This document shows positions 15,437 to 28,377 of a stretch of DNA of 64,000 nucleotides, one piece after another. Where the stretch lies: the NCBI GenBank assembly GCA_964016885.1, contig OZ024742.1, positions 110,608,001 to 110,672,000 of the forward strand, given 5' to 3'. This stretch comes from Eledone cirrhosa. Lineage: Eukaryota. The position numbers and the translations under genes were made by a program. Position 1 is the stretch's first letter. Each line of letters starts with the position of its first letter. Under the pieces are notes generated by a model that did no database searches, had not been told where the DNA came from, and saw only the letters and a program-made list of their open reading frames with translations.

Positions 15437-15787
15437 ATTGTTATATTTGGGGAGGGTCATATTTGCGTAATATTGCCAGAATTAATAACAGAACACACTC
15501 ACTGTTTGGTTGGTTTTCGCTTCTCGCTGTCTTTTATATATATATATCTGCGATCTAACTTACTCGGTCCTCAATGTTGCCATTGACTGACCGGCGGTCA
15601 AAAATAATGCAGATACAATATAGACAAACACATATATATATAGTTTACATAAATCTTTCGTTGCACATCTGCAACATCGTCAGTGGTGTTATATTCATTG
15701 TTCCTCCTGTTGTGTTGTATGTCTACGCCAAATATAACAATATCTGTTTCGACACACGATTTCATATAAAAAACCTCGCAAAACTAA
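15437..15787 (-). mobile_element. pLTR-like element with short inverted tip and HHR-like motif (15641-15688); same family as 31815-32285
   Basis: attgttatatttgg / ccaaatataacaat inverted; minus strand CTGACGA-T-GTTGCA(gatg)TGCAAC-GAAA; 3' strand of stem I not evident (TA run). Confidence 0.6.
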
Positions 15788-15952
15788 TATATATATATAT
15801 ATATATATACATATATATATAAATATAATTGGTGTTGGATGCTTAAAGCGTCCGTATGCGGTAGGCCGTATGAGCACTCGATGCTCTCATAGAGCAGAGT
15901 ATGATATCACAGAAAAAAAGAGAATCAGTGTTGCGACGAATGGAATTTATTG

Positions 15953-16017
15953 GACATATTACAATCGTTTCTCTGGCGACCAGCTCGAGGCACGATCGGA
16001 AGGTCCTCAGATACGTC
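15953..16017 (-). ncRNA. Type I hammerhead ribozyme in a short TA-flanked element (about 15830-16065) with 18-bp inverted ends
   Basis: GACGTAT-CTGAGGA-[stem II, imperfect]-GAAA-CGATTG-TA-ATATGTC; atatcacagaaaaaaaga is inverted near 16047-16064. Confidence 0.7.
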
Positions 16018-16089
16018 TTGATTCTACGAAGCAGATTTTTCTATGTCTTTTTTTCTGTGATATATATATATATATATATATAGTTAAAA

Positions 16090-17935
16090 AACAAAAAGAA
16101 GTAGTCTTGTTAGATTCACACTTAAACCAGAAGAAAGTATCGGAAAGCCTGTTATTAGAAGAAAAAAAACAGAACCAGGAGATTCAGAGATTAGAAGAGG
16201 ATAAAAAAGAGGACATGTTAGTGTGTTTAATTCTTCTTTGTGTGTATGTACGTATATGTTGTTGGACTGGTGCATACATTTTTTGTATCTGGGTGTATTA
16301 CATTTTATCTGTGCGTGGTTTTTCAGTGTTACTATGAAATATAAATACAAATATTTTCAACAAACATAGCTGTTTAGTGAAAAAGCAAACTTACCTCGAA
16401 GATAAGTAACAGCACTAGTTAAGAATATATATTATAACAACAGTTATATCATCATAGCAACGCAACACTTTGCGACGGTAAGTGAGAAATGCGTGTGTAC
16501 ATGTGCGGATATGTCTGTGTGTGTTTTGTGTGTGCGTGTGTGTACGTGTTTGTTTATTAGTATGTTTTTTTGTTGTATGTATATTGTGTGTGAGTTATTT
16601 CCGTGTGGTGCAAGGATTGTACATTTGTATAGATGTGCCCGTGAATAGGACGTTGGTGTCGAATGTAGTGGGGAAAGCAGATTAGAGGAAGAGGGGTTGT
16701 GTATTTAGTACATAGATAGAGGTTTGCAGAAAAAAAATGTGTTACTGTTCCCTCTGGAGATGTGAGGGCGGCGCTTCGGTGCAGGAATCATGGCAGAAAA
16801 GAGTGAGATGGAGTGTGCAAGGGCTGGTAGAACGGAAATGTTGGGTGACCAGAGGTGGATTGCCAGCTCGGAATTCTGGAAGATGTTCGGCGAATCTTTC
16901 GATCAGTCACCGGCCAGTTTGGCGAATGTAGACGGCCTGGCAACGCACGTGCCGGAGTCCATAGACGAGCCAGTGGAGATGCAGTGGAAGGGATCCTTAA
17001 CATAGAAAGTGGTACCGTGGGTTATAAAGCTGTATGTTTGGAATTGGGGTTAGGAGCAGGAGGGGGATCCAGGAAAAGAGTTGAGGGTGGAGGAATCTGC
17101 GGACGAGTATATTTCTAAGGTTGCGCGAGCACTTAAATGAAGAAAGAGGTGAGAGGGAAAATGAGGGAAGTGGAAAGATCCGATTGAGACCGTGGAGGAG
17201 ACGGAGGATCAACTTCCGGAGAGGCAAGATAGAGGGGTGGTAGATGAGGTGGAAAGGTAATCAGTTGGTGGATGTGGGTGGCGTGGGGTAGTTGACTCAA
17301 CGGGTACGGCTGAAGGTATCGTGAATCAGTGTAGAATGTATCCGTGCTGAGTGAATAGTTTTGTCATGTATTGAGTCTGAGTCTCAAAATCATGGATTCG
17401 ACAAGAAAAGCGGCGGAGACGGATAAATGAGGAGTAAGGTAGGAGTGGGAATCAAAGTAGGAGTGTGAGTCGGTCGGCTTAAGATGGCGGAGGTGAAGGC
17501 AAAGGCAGAGTTGAAGGCGCAGAAAGAGAGGAAAGAGTCGACGTGTTCCTGTATGAGATAGTGCCGATACATTCGTCAATATAACGTCCGTATAACTCAG
17601 GAGTTGGGGCAACATAGCCGACGAATAAATTGGCGTAGCTGGGTTTCATATTGGTGTCCATGGCCAGTCCCATCTTTTGTTGGCAGAAAAGAGGGATGGG
17701 ACCAGTTCGATGAGACGGATATGGGTGGGGGTTTGAGAAGAAATGCAAAGGTCGAATAAGTATTGGAGGGCCAGGAGCCCATCACTGTGGATGATGACGG
17801 AAAGGGACTTGATGTCGAGTGTGATGAGTAGGGGTAGTCGGCTAGGTGCGGAGATGAAGGAGTCAAAGAAGGAGCGTGATTGGTGTTAGAGATATGATAA
17901 GAGAGGGGGGCTTCCAGAGTCAAGGAAACCGAAAC
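16090..17935 (-). mobile_element. Decayed Penelope-like element (Neptune-like) with RT and GIY-YIG remnants
   Basis: RT motifs QKMGLAMDTNMKPSYANLFVGY...LYGRYIDEC and PTDSHSY; GIY-YIG-like RCQAVYIRQTGR*LIERFAEH near 16880-16960; many frameshifts. Confidence 0.85.
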
Positions 17936-18029
17936 TAGTTCGGCCGGCCAATTTTATACACACGCACACACACGCGCACACACGCACGCGCACGCACGCG
18001 CACGCACCCCCCCCCCCCCCACACACATA

Positions 18030-19085
18030 TCAGCAAAATGAATAAATGTAGGAGTCGCAAGTCGTTATAACAAAACAGGGCAACTGCCTGATTAAAAATG
18101 TTATTTACAAGTGCACAGTAAGTATCAACAATATCACCAAGTCTTACATAGGCGCCACCTCTAATGAGTTCAAGACAAGATTTAGATCGCACCTCCACTC
18201 GTTTAGGAATAAGAAATTCAGGTTCTCTACCTCCCTCGCTAGATATATCACACGATTAATAGAATTTAACATTTGCTACACTACACTGTGGAGTATAATA
18301 GAACAAACAGCGCCATACGACTTTAAAAAGAATTGTCAGCTATGTCTAATGGAAACTTACTATATAGTAAGCTCGCCCCACACACTTACTAATAGCAGGG
18401 CAGAAACCGTTATAAACTACCATCACAGTCTACAGCACTCATTCTATAACTGGGCACTCGACCCAATATAACCACCAATCTCAACCTTAGCTTTAATTAT
18501 ACCACCTAACGGATCAACCTGAATACCTTAACTAATGATGTTGATAACCAGCAACATAACATGAGCCTAGTTACTACCCAACACTTACCACATTAAATCT
18601 ACTCTGCTAAATCATTTCTCTAGCTAGCATATGCATTCTTTTCATAAAGGGACTTTTCAACTTAGTCACCGTACAGTTACCTCCCTTGGCTATTATGCTC
18701 GTTTTTACAGTGACCATTACATATTGTTTACCATGCACTGGGATGTGAATTCCTATTATTTTCAGACTCCCTATGAATGAATTTTCACCCAGCTTGGCTG
18801 GTCATATTAACTTTGACAGACATTTGTACTAACAAATATACTTTCTCTGAAGAGCCTATATTATTCGTTAACTTGGATGAAACATTATGTAAGAAATATT
18901 TTCTTGCGACTCCTACATTTATTCATTTTGCTTATACCTGTTCTGCTTGAACACTCTACTAAATATTAACCCCTTTGTAATATTTGTCACTGCTAGCCCT
19001 AGCATTGAGCCCACCTCGCTTCGGCTAGCAGCACTTAGTAATCTGTATCGCACCCCCCCCCCCCTCTCCTCTCTTACGATACATA
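18030..19085 (+). mobile_element. 5'-truncated PLE: GIY-YIG endonuclease plus 3' UTR with HHR
   Basis: NCLIKNVIYKCTV...SYIGATSNEFKTRFRSHLHSF...WSIIEQTAPY...CQLCLME (about 18080-18450); HHR at 18842-18896. Confidence 0.9.
18842..18896 (+). ncRNA. Type I hammerhead ribozyme (PLE 3' UTR)
   Basis: TTTCT-CTGAAGA-[weak stem II]-GAAA-CATTATG-TA-AGAAA. Confidence 0.7.
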
Positions 19086-19104
19086 TATCCTCTTATTATT
19101 AGCA

Positions 19105-19502
19105 TTGCTGGCCTTGTGCCTAAAGTAGAAACAATTATTAGCAGTATCGGTAGAGAGTCGAACGCCATGCTTTGACGCATAGAGTTACGGCCATTCTGAG
19201 TTCAAATCCCGTCGAGGTTAACTTTGCCTTTCATCCTTACAGGGTCGATAACATAAAGTATCAGTAATACACTGGGTAATTGCTGTCCTTGTGCCAAAAG
19301 TAGAAACAATTATATATATATGAGGGCGTTGGATTAGCAGTATCGGTAGAGGGTCGGACGCAATGCTCTGCAGCATAGAGTTACGGCCCGTTATGATCTG
19401 AGGTCAAATCCCACCGAGGTTAACTTTGCCTTTCATCCTTGCGGGGTCGATAAAATAAAGTACCAGTAATTGCTTGCCTAGTGCCAAAAGAAGAAATAAT
19501 TA
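19105..19502 (+). mobile_element. Tandem SINE family 1 copies (3' tip, 19139-19312, 19330-19502)
   Basis: Repeated gcagtatcggtagag...tcaaatccc...gcctttcatcctt...gtcgataa. Confidence 0.85.
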
Positions 19503-19565
19503 TATATATATAAATATATAGGTACGAAACATAAGTCAATTGCATGAACTCATAATCCTTTATTT

Positions 19566-19621
19566 ACTGCTATATATATTTCGATGATAGCCATTGAATG
19601 GCTATGACCTCATCAGGTAGT
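19566..19621 (-). ncRNA. Type I hammerhead ribozyme, followed by a short palindrome (19682-19753)
   Basis: ACTAC-CTGATGA-GGTCATAGCCAT(tca)ATGGCTATCATC-GAAA-TATATA-TA-GCAGT; one stem I mismatch. Confidence 0.75.
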
Positions 19622-19764
19622 TAGTCAGTTCTTAGATATGCCAGCTCTGTGTTTATAGTGTTGATGGTATCAGAGTCTTGGGATATGTCAATCGACCTTT
19701 AATTTATATATATATAAATATATATATATAAATTAAAGGTCGATTGACATATCTAGAGAGAGAA

Positions 19765-19942
19765 ACATCAAACATTAACGGGATAATTTGTAAAGAGTGC
19801 AAAAACACATGGAATATGTATGAAGGAAAAGGATGAATACTATCGCCAGGTATATATGAAGCTTTCGTTAAATTTTAATATAATGCCTTAACTATGTGTT
19901 CTTGAACTCTTTACAAATTATCCTCTGTCAATGTTTGATATG
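19765..19942. repeat. Imperfect inverted repeat, about 48 bp arms
   Basis: atcaaacattaacgggataatttgtaaagag versus ctctttacaaattatcctctgtcaatgtttgat. Confidence 0.7.
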
Positions 19943-20039
19943 CCATTTTATATATATGTAATTCGATTTTTAATTTTTAATATATGGTCTGATATATTCA
20001 TGGGAATCTTTGAGGTTTGTCTACAGGTGACATGGCTCA

Positions 20040-20570
20040 AGTCTGTGATTTTCTGAGCTGCATGGCGTCTACACTTTCGCTTTGTGAGAGTGAAACCAAG
20101 CTTTAAGTTTTCGTCCAGGGCTTTTCTCAATACATAGTCGAGGCAGATTATAAAAATATATGGTGCAAGAGTATCCCTTGGATTACTCCTGCAATGATGT
20201 CAAAGAAGTTGGTATCTCCACCAGGTTAGCGCACCATTGCGCGGGTGTTTTTATATAACATCATGAAGGTATTTACTCTTTCCTTTGGCAAGCCGTAGGC
20301 TAGAAGTATCTCTCTCATCCTCCCACGATGGATGGAATCGAATGCTTTTGAAAAGTCAATAAACAGGAGAGCTGCTGGGAGGTTTTTGGCTTTTACGCCT
20401 TCCAAGATACGCCGAACAGTAAGTATTTGCCCTGATGTTGATCTGTTGGTGCGGAAACCATTTTGGTTTTTTCTCAGCAAGGGGTCAATGAAAGGTCTTA
20501 TTCTTTCAAACAGCATGAGATTATATATCTTTGCGGCAATTGCCATTAGTGTTATGTCACTATATATATG
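20040..20570 (-). mobile_element. RTE-clade LINE reverse transcriptase fragment
   Basis: LRKNQNGFRTNRST..QI..RRILEG...FIDFSKAFDSIHR...*...GVIQGDTLAPYIFIICLDYVLR. Confidence 0.92.
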
Positions 20571-20589
20571 TTACCTTCCAGTGTTCTAC

Positions 20590-20660
<71 letters not shown>

Positions 20661-20759
20661 TACATATATATATATATATATACATATATATTTATTATTA
20701 ATACAGATTAATCTTGTGGTGCAGTATTTTATATATACTTGCTTATTTTTGTTTTTGAA

Positions 20760-22000
20760 AGCATGTTACAGCAAGGCAGGAAAATATATTGCAAAAAGAA
20801 CAGGTACATCGAGGTATCCCTGTTTCACATCACCACCTACTGCAACATGCTCTACCTTTCATGTTTTTATGAAGAGCCTTCAATATATTAACAAAATTTA
20901 AGCGCATCTAAATTTAGACAAAACTAACCACAATACATTCCTATTAACAGTATCGAATGCCTTATTGAGAAGAACAATAGAATGATATAGAGCAAGGTCC
21001 TATTCAATACATGTTCCCTGCAGTCATCTGATTGTGATGATCATATCATCAGTGCCTCTTTTCATGCAAAAATCACATTGTAAATCTGTCTGATACGACT
21101 CTTGGCACTACGAACGTATTAACTGTTTCAAAAGGACACGCACTAGAAGGTTATCGACAACAGACGATTGGGCAATGACTCTAAAATTACCACATTGGTC
21201 TTTAGCATCAGGTTCGGAGATCGAGATTGTATTAAACCAGTCTTGTGATACTTCATCCTTTCTCCAGCAAAGAGATATTACAACGTGTAAAAGTTTCTCG
21301 CTTCCATACTTGAGAACGTCAGGATTACTACCACTCAGAGAAGGAGATTTATTGCTATTTAATTTCTGCACAGCTGAAGCAATGGCATTTCTATTTGATT
21401 CTGATGCCATTACTTCGACGATTGAGTAACTTTACGTCGATTCAGTAATATTTATGTTGGCAGAGATGTGTTCCATCCAACGATTCCTAAAGGAGACAAT
21501 ATTGTCAAGACTGACTGATCATCTACAATCTTTACAGGCATTATTGAAGAAGATTGTGGACCATACACTTCTTCAATATAGGAGAAAATGCCTCAGTATT
21601 CTTGCATTCTACCAAATCTGGCAGTGTTTATCCTTCGGAAATTTTACCTTTTCGAACGTCATATGTTCATCCTGGCTCGGGTGCATGAACCAGCTGGCTT
21701 GGCAAATTATACGACTCACCTCCGTACCTCCCAGAAGTAAGGGTCTAATGAATTTTTGAGCGAATTTTTAAGAGAACGTCAGGCTATAATGTGAATGATA
21801 CAATCATCTCTAGGGATAGTTTTTCTGTCGCTATCACGTTTTTACTTTTCAGAATATGAATCGCAAATTTGGTATTTTCAACTCATTCGACAGAAGTGAA
21901 ATTTCACGTTCTGAGTAACCTGTTGTATACAGCTTCTATGCTAACCATTTGGACGTCATACATTGATGAGGTTGCCCCCAAATTTAAAGTATACGCATTT
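20760..22000 (-). mobile_element. Highly decayed second RTE-like LINE fragment
   Basis: AVQKLNSNKSP..G...DVLKYG...VSQDW...CGNFRVIA..SVV and GGDVKQG motifs with stops and frameshifts. Confidence 0.7.
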
Positions 22001-22177
22001 AACAAGAACAATTCTTTAGGACCAACGGACAACTTTTAATCTAGCCAAAACTTTGCGCTACAAATATTTGAGTAGTGAGGATGATGAGATACATTGCAAT
22101 AAATGAAAAACTTTTCAATTTTTTCGACGTTATCTTAAACGTTTTGCTTATATATATATATATATATATATATAGAT

Positions 22178-22690
22178 AGATGAGATTCTAGAGGACTAGA
22201 TAGAACTGTTTCATTCTTTAGAAATCATCAGGAATCTGGCTTTGCAAAAATAAATGTGGTATTTATATCTTTTCAGGTGGTAGGAGAGGGTGGAGAGTGG
22301 GATGGGTAGAGGTCATTGGTTGAAAGAAAAGGGAATTCATTAAAAGCTAATTCTTTAAGGCTATACTTTATATTTACAGTGACAAAGGCAAAAAGAATTC
22401 TATAAACAAGTTCAGAATGGGGTGCCACTCCTTATTTTTAAATTTCTCTTAAGCTAACAATGCCTATATTTCAGGTGTCTATAAGATGGTTGGGGGTCGG
22501 TCATGGTTGATGGATTTAAAGAAAAGGGAAATTCTTTAAAGAAAAGCTAATTCTTTAAAGTTCTACTTAGAGTGACAAAGACCAAGAGAATTCTATAAAC
22601 CAGTTCAAAATATTGGGTGCCTATCATATCATTATCTTCAAATTTATCTTAAGCTATATCCCAGGTGTCGACAGACACACTCTCACCCCC
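22178..22690 (-). mobile_element. PLE pLTR with HHR (22182-22238) and an internal tandem duplication of about 190 bp; inverted homolog of 30792-30983
   Basis: Minus strand GATTC-CTGATGA-TTTC(taaa)GAAT-GAAA-CAG...TA-GAATC; 22310-22460 repeated at 22498-22660. Confidence 0.75.
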
Positions 22691-22950
22691 CCCCCCACAT
22701 AAATATACATATATATATATATATTCATAAATATATATATATATATACATATGTATATATATACACACATATACATATATATATATACACATATATATAT
22801 ATATATACATACATATATATATACACATATACATACATATATATATACACATATATATATATACATACATATATACATACATATACATATATATACACAC
22901 ATATATATATATACATATATATACATATATATACATATATATACACATAT

Positions 22951-22981
<31 letters not shown>

Positions 22982-23010
22982 CACACATATATATATATAT
23001 ACATATACAC

Positions 23011-23055
<45 letters not shown>

Positions 23056-23074
23056 CACACACACACACATATAT

Positions 23075-23114
<40 letters not shown>

Positions 23115-23191
23115 ATCTACACACATATATATACATATATATATATTCATACACACACGCACATATACATACATACATATATATATATATA

Positions 23192-24003
<812 letters not shown>

Positions 24004-24072
24004 TATAAATATATATATATACGCATATGTACACATACATACACAAACACGCATACATATATATATATATAT

Positions 24073-24312
24073 ATAGAATAGCTTTCACCGTATTATTGAC
24101 TAAAGGAATTTTAGCCTGATAATGGGGTTTAGTACCCTCAGATCAAAAGGAAAAAGATGAGTATTGACGTACATGACGTACATCTACGTCAATACGTACA
24201 TGTACGTCCCATTAACGTCAATACTCATCTTTTTCCTTTTGATCTGAGGGTTCTAAACCCCATTATCAGGCTAAAATTCCTTTAGTCAAAAATACGGTGA
24301 AAGCTATTCTAT
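24073..24312. repeat. Near-perfect foldback palindrome (about 100 bp arms) within (TA)n
   Basis: atagaatagctttcaccgtat...gtattgacgt versus acgtcaatac...atacggtgaaagctattctat. Confidence 0.9.
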
Positions 24313-24337
24313 TTTCTAATTTCAAAACATACTTACT

Positions 24338-24402
<65 letters not shown>

Positions 24403-24415
24403 CACATATACATAC

Positions 24416-24482
<67 letters not shown>

Positions 24483-24620
24483 TATATATATATACATATA
24501 TATATATACTCATATATATATATGCACCAACCTGAGGTATATTATTTTTAATGCGATGAAATATCAATGATGGTTGGCAAATCACTGACGAGGGACTAAT
24601 TATATCATATGTAACCCATG

Positions 24621-25027
24621 TGCAACCACGCGGTATTCTTCTTTCTTCTCATGTTTTTTATACATATTTACCTCGGCTGCATTTGTCTGTTTCTCTCTTA
24701 CTGCTTCCCGTTCTCTCTGTTTCGCTTACATTATTTCGCCCCCCCCCCTGTCAGTTACTATTTCTCTCTACTGACCTCTTCCTCGCACTTCCACTCACTC
24801 ACTCTCTGTTTCTCCCCTTCTCACTTCCTCCCGTTTGGCTAGTAGTGGGGTCTTTTCTTGATCACATCTCACTCACGCTGACCGGATAACCATGTTGTTT
24901 GTTCATTTTCCTATCTTCGGTTTGCTTTTACCCTGCTATGTTGTTTTCTTGTCTCACTCGCTTTACGCGATTTACTTGTCCCAATAGCTGCAACCACGCA
25001 GTATTCTTCTTTCTGCTCATGTTTTTT

Positions 25028-25035
<8 letters not shown>
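24621..25035 (+). repeat. Unit of about 368 bp with a terminal direct repeat of about 46 bp
   Basis: tgcaaccacgc(g/a)gtattcttctttct(t/g)ctcatgtttttt atacatat at 24621 and 24989. Confidence 0.75.
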
Positions 25036-25096
<61 letters not shown>

Positions 25097-25133
25097 ATTG
25101 GTGCGCTGAAATAGTGATATATATATATATGTA

Positions 25134-25443
25134 TATATAGTGTATTTTGCAATACACTGTATGCTTAATTAAAAGTATTTTGAAGAGCTTACATTATTGT
25201 TTTAGAGTAGTGACAGTCTCACTTACTTTTAATTTTCAGCAAACAGGGGAGATAAAGCTGACAGAGCTGTCTTTTGTAATGATTCCAGTGTATCAGTACG
25301 AAACACAGCTCTGTCAGCTTTATCTCCCCTGTTTGCTGAAAATTAAAAGTAAGTGAGACTGTCACTAATCTAAAACAAGAGCGTAAGGTCTTCGAAATGC
25401 TTTTAATTAAGCATACAGTGTATTGCAAAATACACTATATATA
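25134..25443. repeat. Foldback palindrome (about 135 bp arms) whose centre is the 3' half of an HHR
   Basis: Arms are reverse complements; centre reads GAAA-CACAGCTCTG-TC-AGCTTT with no upstream CUGANGA. Confidence 0.85.
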
Positions 25444-25500
25444 TATATATATATACATACATATACATATATATATATATATACACATATATATATACAT

Positions 25501-25537
<37 letters not shown>

Positions 25538-25576
25538 CATATATACATATATACATATACACACACATATATACAC

Positions 25577-25613
<37 letters not shown>

Positions 25614-25730
25614 CACACACATATATATAAATATATACACACACACACACACACATATATATATATGTACATATATACATACATACACACATATACACAC
25701 ATATACATATATACACACATATATATATAC

Positions 25731-25765
<35 letters not shown>

Positions 25766-25824
25766 CATATACACATACACATACATACATATATACAAAC
25801 ATACACACACACATATATATATAT

Positions 25825-26824
25825 ATTTACATCTAATTGTGTATGGTTGACGGTATATTTAGTCAGTTTCTACATGCTGTTGAAATGTTGGGTAAATATT
25901 CTATTGGGGTCACCGCGAAGAGGCCGCTTTCGGTTATTTATCAAATATTTTTTCATAGGAGCCTTTATTCTTATAGCCCTGTCTAATTGATTTTTTATAT
26001 GGTTAATTATGCTAATTGGGAGAGGAAATGGTATATATTTTATCTAATAATTCTAAGGACATGATTTATGATATATTGCTCTGATTATTTAATTTATTAA
26101 TTCTTCATTGAGCCACAACGTGACCGGTTGCCACATATATATCTGTGACTTTATGTATATGTAAATCTTTATATTTAATAATCTCCCGTTGGTTGAGATG
26201 CAATTGGACGATATCGAGCTGCGCTTTCTAGCAACCAGCCTACCCGCCGTAAGCAACTAATCACATTCTTTCTAACTTGACCACTGCCACGTCACGATTC
26301 TTAGCCATTTTTGAATCTATTTTTGGCGCGATCGCTTTGGAAAAATCAACTGTCCAACTGAGTTTGTCTCCTGATGAGTCTGTTACTCTAGGTTCATCCT
26401 TAACAGTAGGATATCTAAAAATACGGACGAAACCATGGTAGAGATGTATTTACGGTATGTACACGTTTCTTCTAAGTTTAAATTTACATCTAATTGTGTG
26501 TGGTTGACGGTATATTTAGTCAGTTTCTACATGCTGCTAAAATGTTGGGTAAATACTCTATTGGGGGTCACCACGAAGAGGCCGCTTTCGGTTATTTATC
26601 AAATATTTCTTCATAGGAGCCTTTATTCTTATAGCCTGGTCTAATTGATTTTTTATATGGTTAATTATGCTAATTGGGAGAGGAAATGGTATATATTTTA
26701 TCTAATAATTCTAAGGACATGATTTATGATATATTGCTCTGATTATTTAATTTATTAATTCTTCATTGAGCCACAACGTGACCGCTTGCCACATATATAT
26801 CTGTGACTTTATGTATATGTAAAT

Positions 26825-26827
<3 letters not shown>
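25825..26827 (+). mobile_element. Terminally redundant unit (657 bp period, about 345 bp direct repeats) with central HHR: pLTR tandem / retrozyme-like
   Basis: 25825-26169 repeated at 26482-26827; HHR at 26365-26446; TA/CA flanks; homologous to 2795-3490. Confidence 0.85.
26365..26446 (+). ncRNA. Type I hammerhead ribozyme with palindromic stem III
   Basis: TGTCTC-CTGATGA-GTCTGT...ACGGAC-GAA-ACCATGGT-A-GAGATG. Confidence 0.85.
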
Positions 26828-26880
<53 letters not shown>

Positions 26881-26912
26881 CACATACATACGCACACATA
26901 TACATACATATA

Positions 26913-26974
<62 letters not shown>

Positions 26975-27002
26975 CACATACATACGCACACATATACACA
27001 CA

Positions 27003-27049
<47 letters not shown>

Positions 27050-27081
27050 TATATGTGTGTATATGTGTGCGTATGTATGTG

Positions 27082-27241
<160 letters not shown>

Positions 27242-27267
27242 CATACGCACACATATACACACATATA

Positions 27268-27327
<60 letters not shown>

Positions 27328-27334
<7 letters not shown>

Positions 27335-28124
27335 CGTAAAATAAGAAAATTATAAAATTAACTTGCTTCCTAAAATATCACTTCCAACTAATTAGTTTCT
27401 GGAATGGAATAAATATATTTTCTGAAGAAAATACAGAGAATCATTCCGTCGTCAGGGAAGACTATTCTCATCTTAGTATCCAGGCAAAGCGTGGACCCTG
27501 GAAACTTATTAAAAAATAATTCAGTGGATAGAAAATAGCAAAGCGTGGACTGCATTCCTAGCCATTGAGAAAATCACTGCCTCTGCGTCAGTGGCAAATT
27601 CAAAAAGAATCAATCACGTGACATCGAGGTCAATCAGTGGAAAGTGGTTTGCTAATAAGACAGTGGCCTGCCTGCTACCATAGCAGCAGTCATGGCCAAT
27701 ATTGCTTGACAAATAATTTGGAGATAATTATAAAGGATTAATATCTAGTAACATATATATACATACAGATGCATATCAATGCTAGCAAATATATAGGTTT
27801 TGTCTTAGTAACTTTGTGGTTCAATGCATGGGATTGCAGAACAATAATATGAGAGACGTAAAATAAGAAAATTATAAAATTAACTTACTTACTAAAATAT
27901 CACTTCCAACTAATTAGTTTCTGGAATGGAATAAATATATTTTCCGAAGAAAAATATAGAGAATCATTCCGTCGTCGAGGAAGAGTATTCTCATCTAAGT
28001 ATCCAGGCAAAGCGTGGACTCTGGAAACTAATTAAAAAATAATTCAGTGGATAGTAAATAGCAAAGCGTGGATTGAATTCCTTGCCATTGAGAAAATCAC
28101 TGAAAATGTTACTAGAAATTAATC

Positions 28125-28131
<7 letters not shown>
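27328..28131 (-). mobile_element. Terminally redundant unit (522 bp period) with two HHR copies and a short inverted tip
   Basis: 27328-27579 repeated at 27850-28102; 28106-28131 is the inverse of 27729-27754; (TA)n on both sides. Confidence 0.85.
27381..27460 (-). ncRNA. Type I hammerhead ribozyme; second copy at about 27902-27983 has a mutated core (TCGACGA)
   Basis: CTTCC-CTGACGA-CGGAATG...CATTCCA-GAA-ACTAATTAGT-T-GGAAG. Confidence 0.85.
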
Positions 28132-28205
<74 letters not shown>

Positions 28206-28212
28206 CACATAT

Positions 28213-28377
<165 letters not shown>

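Noticed and set aside
24073-25443. MITE or DNA transposon interpretation of the palindromes
   Set aside because: No shared terminal motif between elements; related foldbacks in the window have variable arm lengths and contain HHR or pLTR sequence, which fits PLE inversion better. Not excluded for 24073-24312
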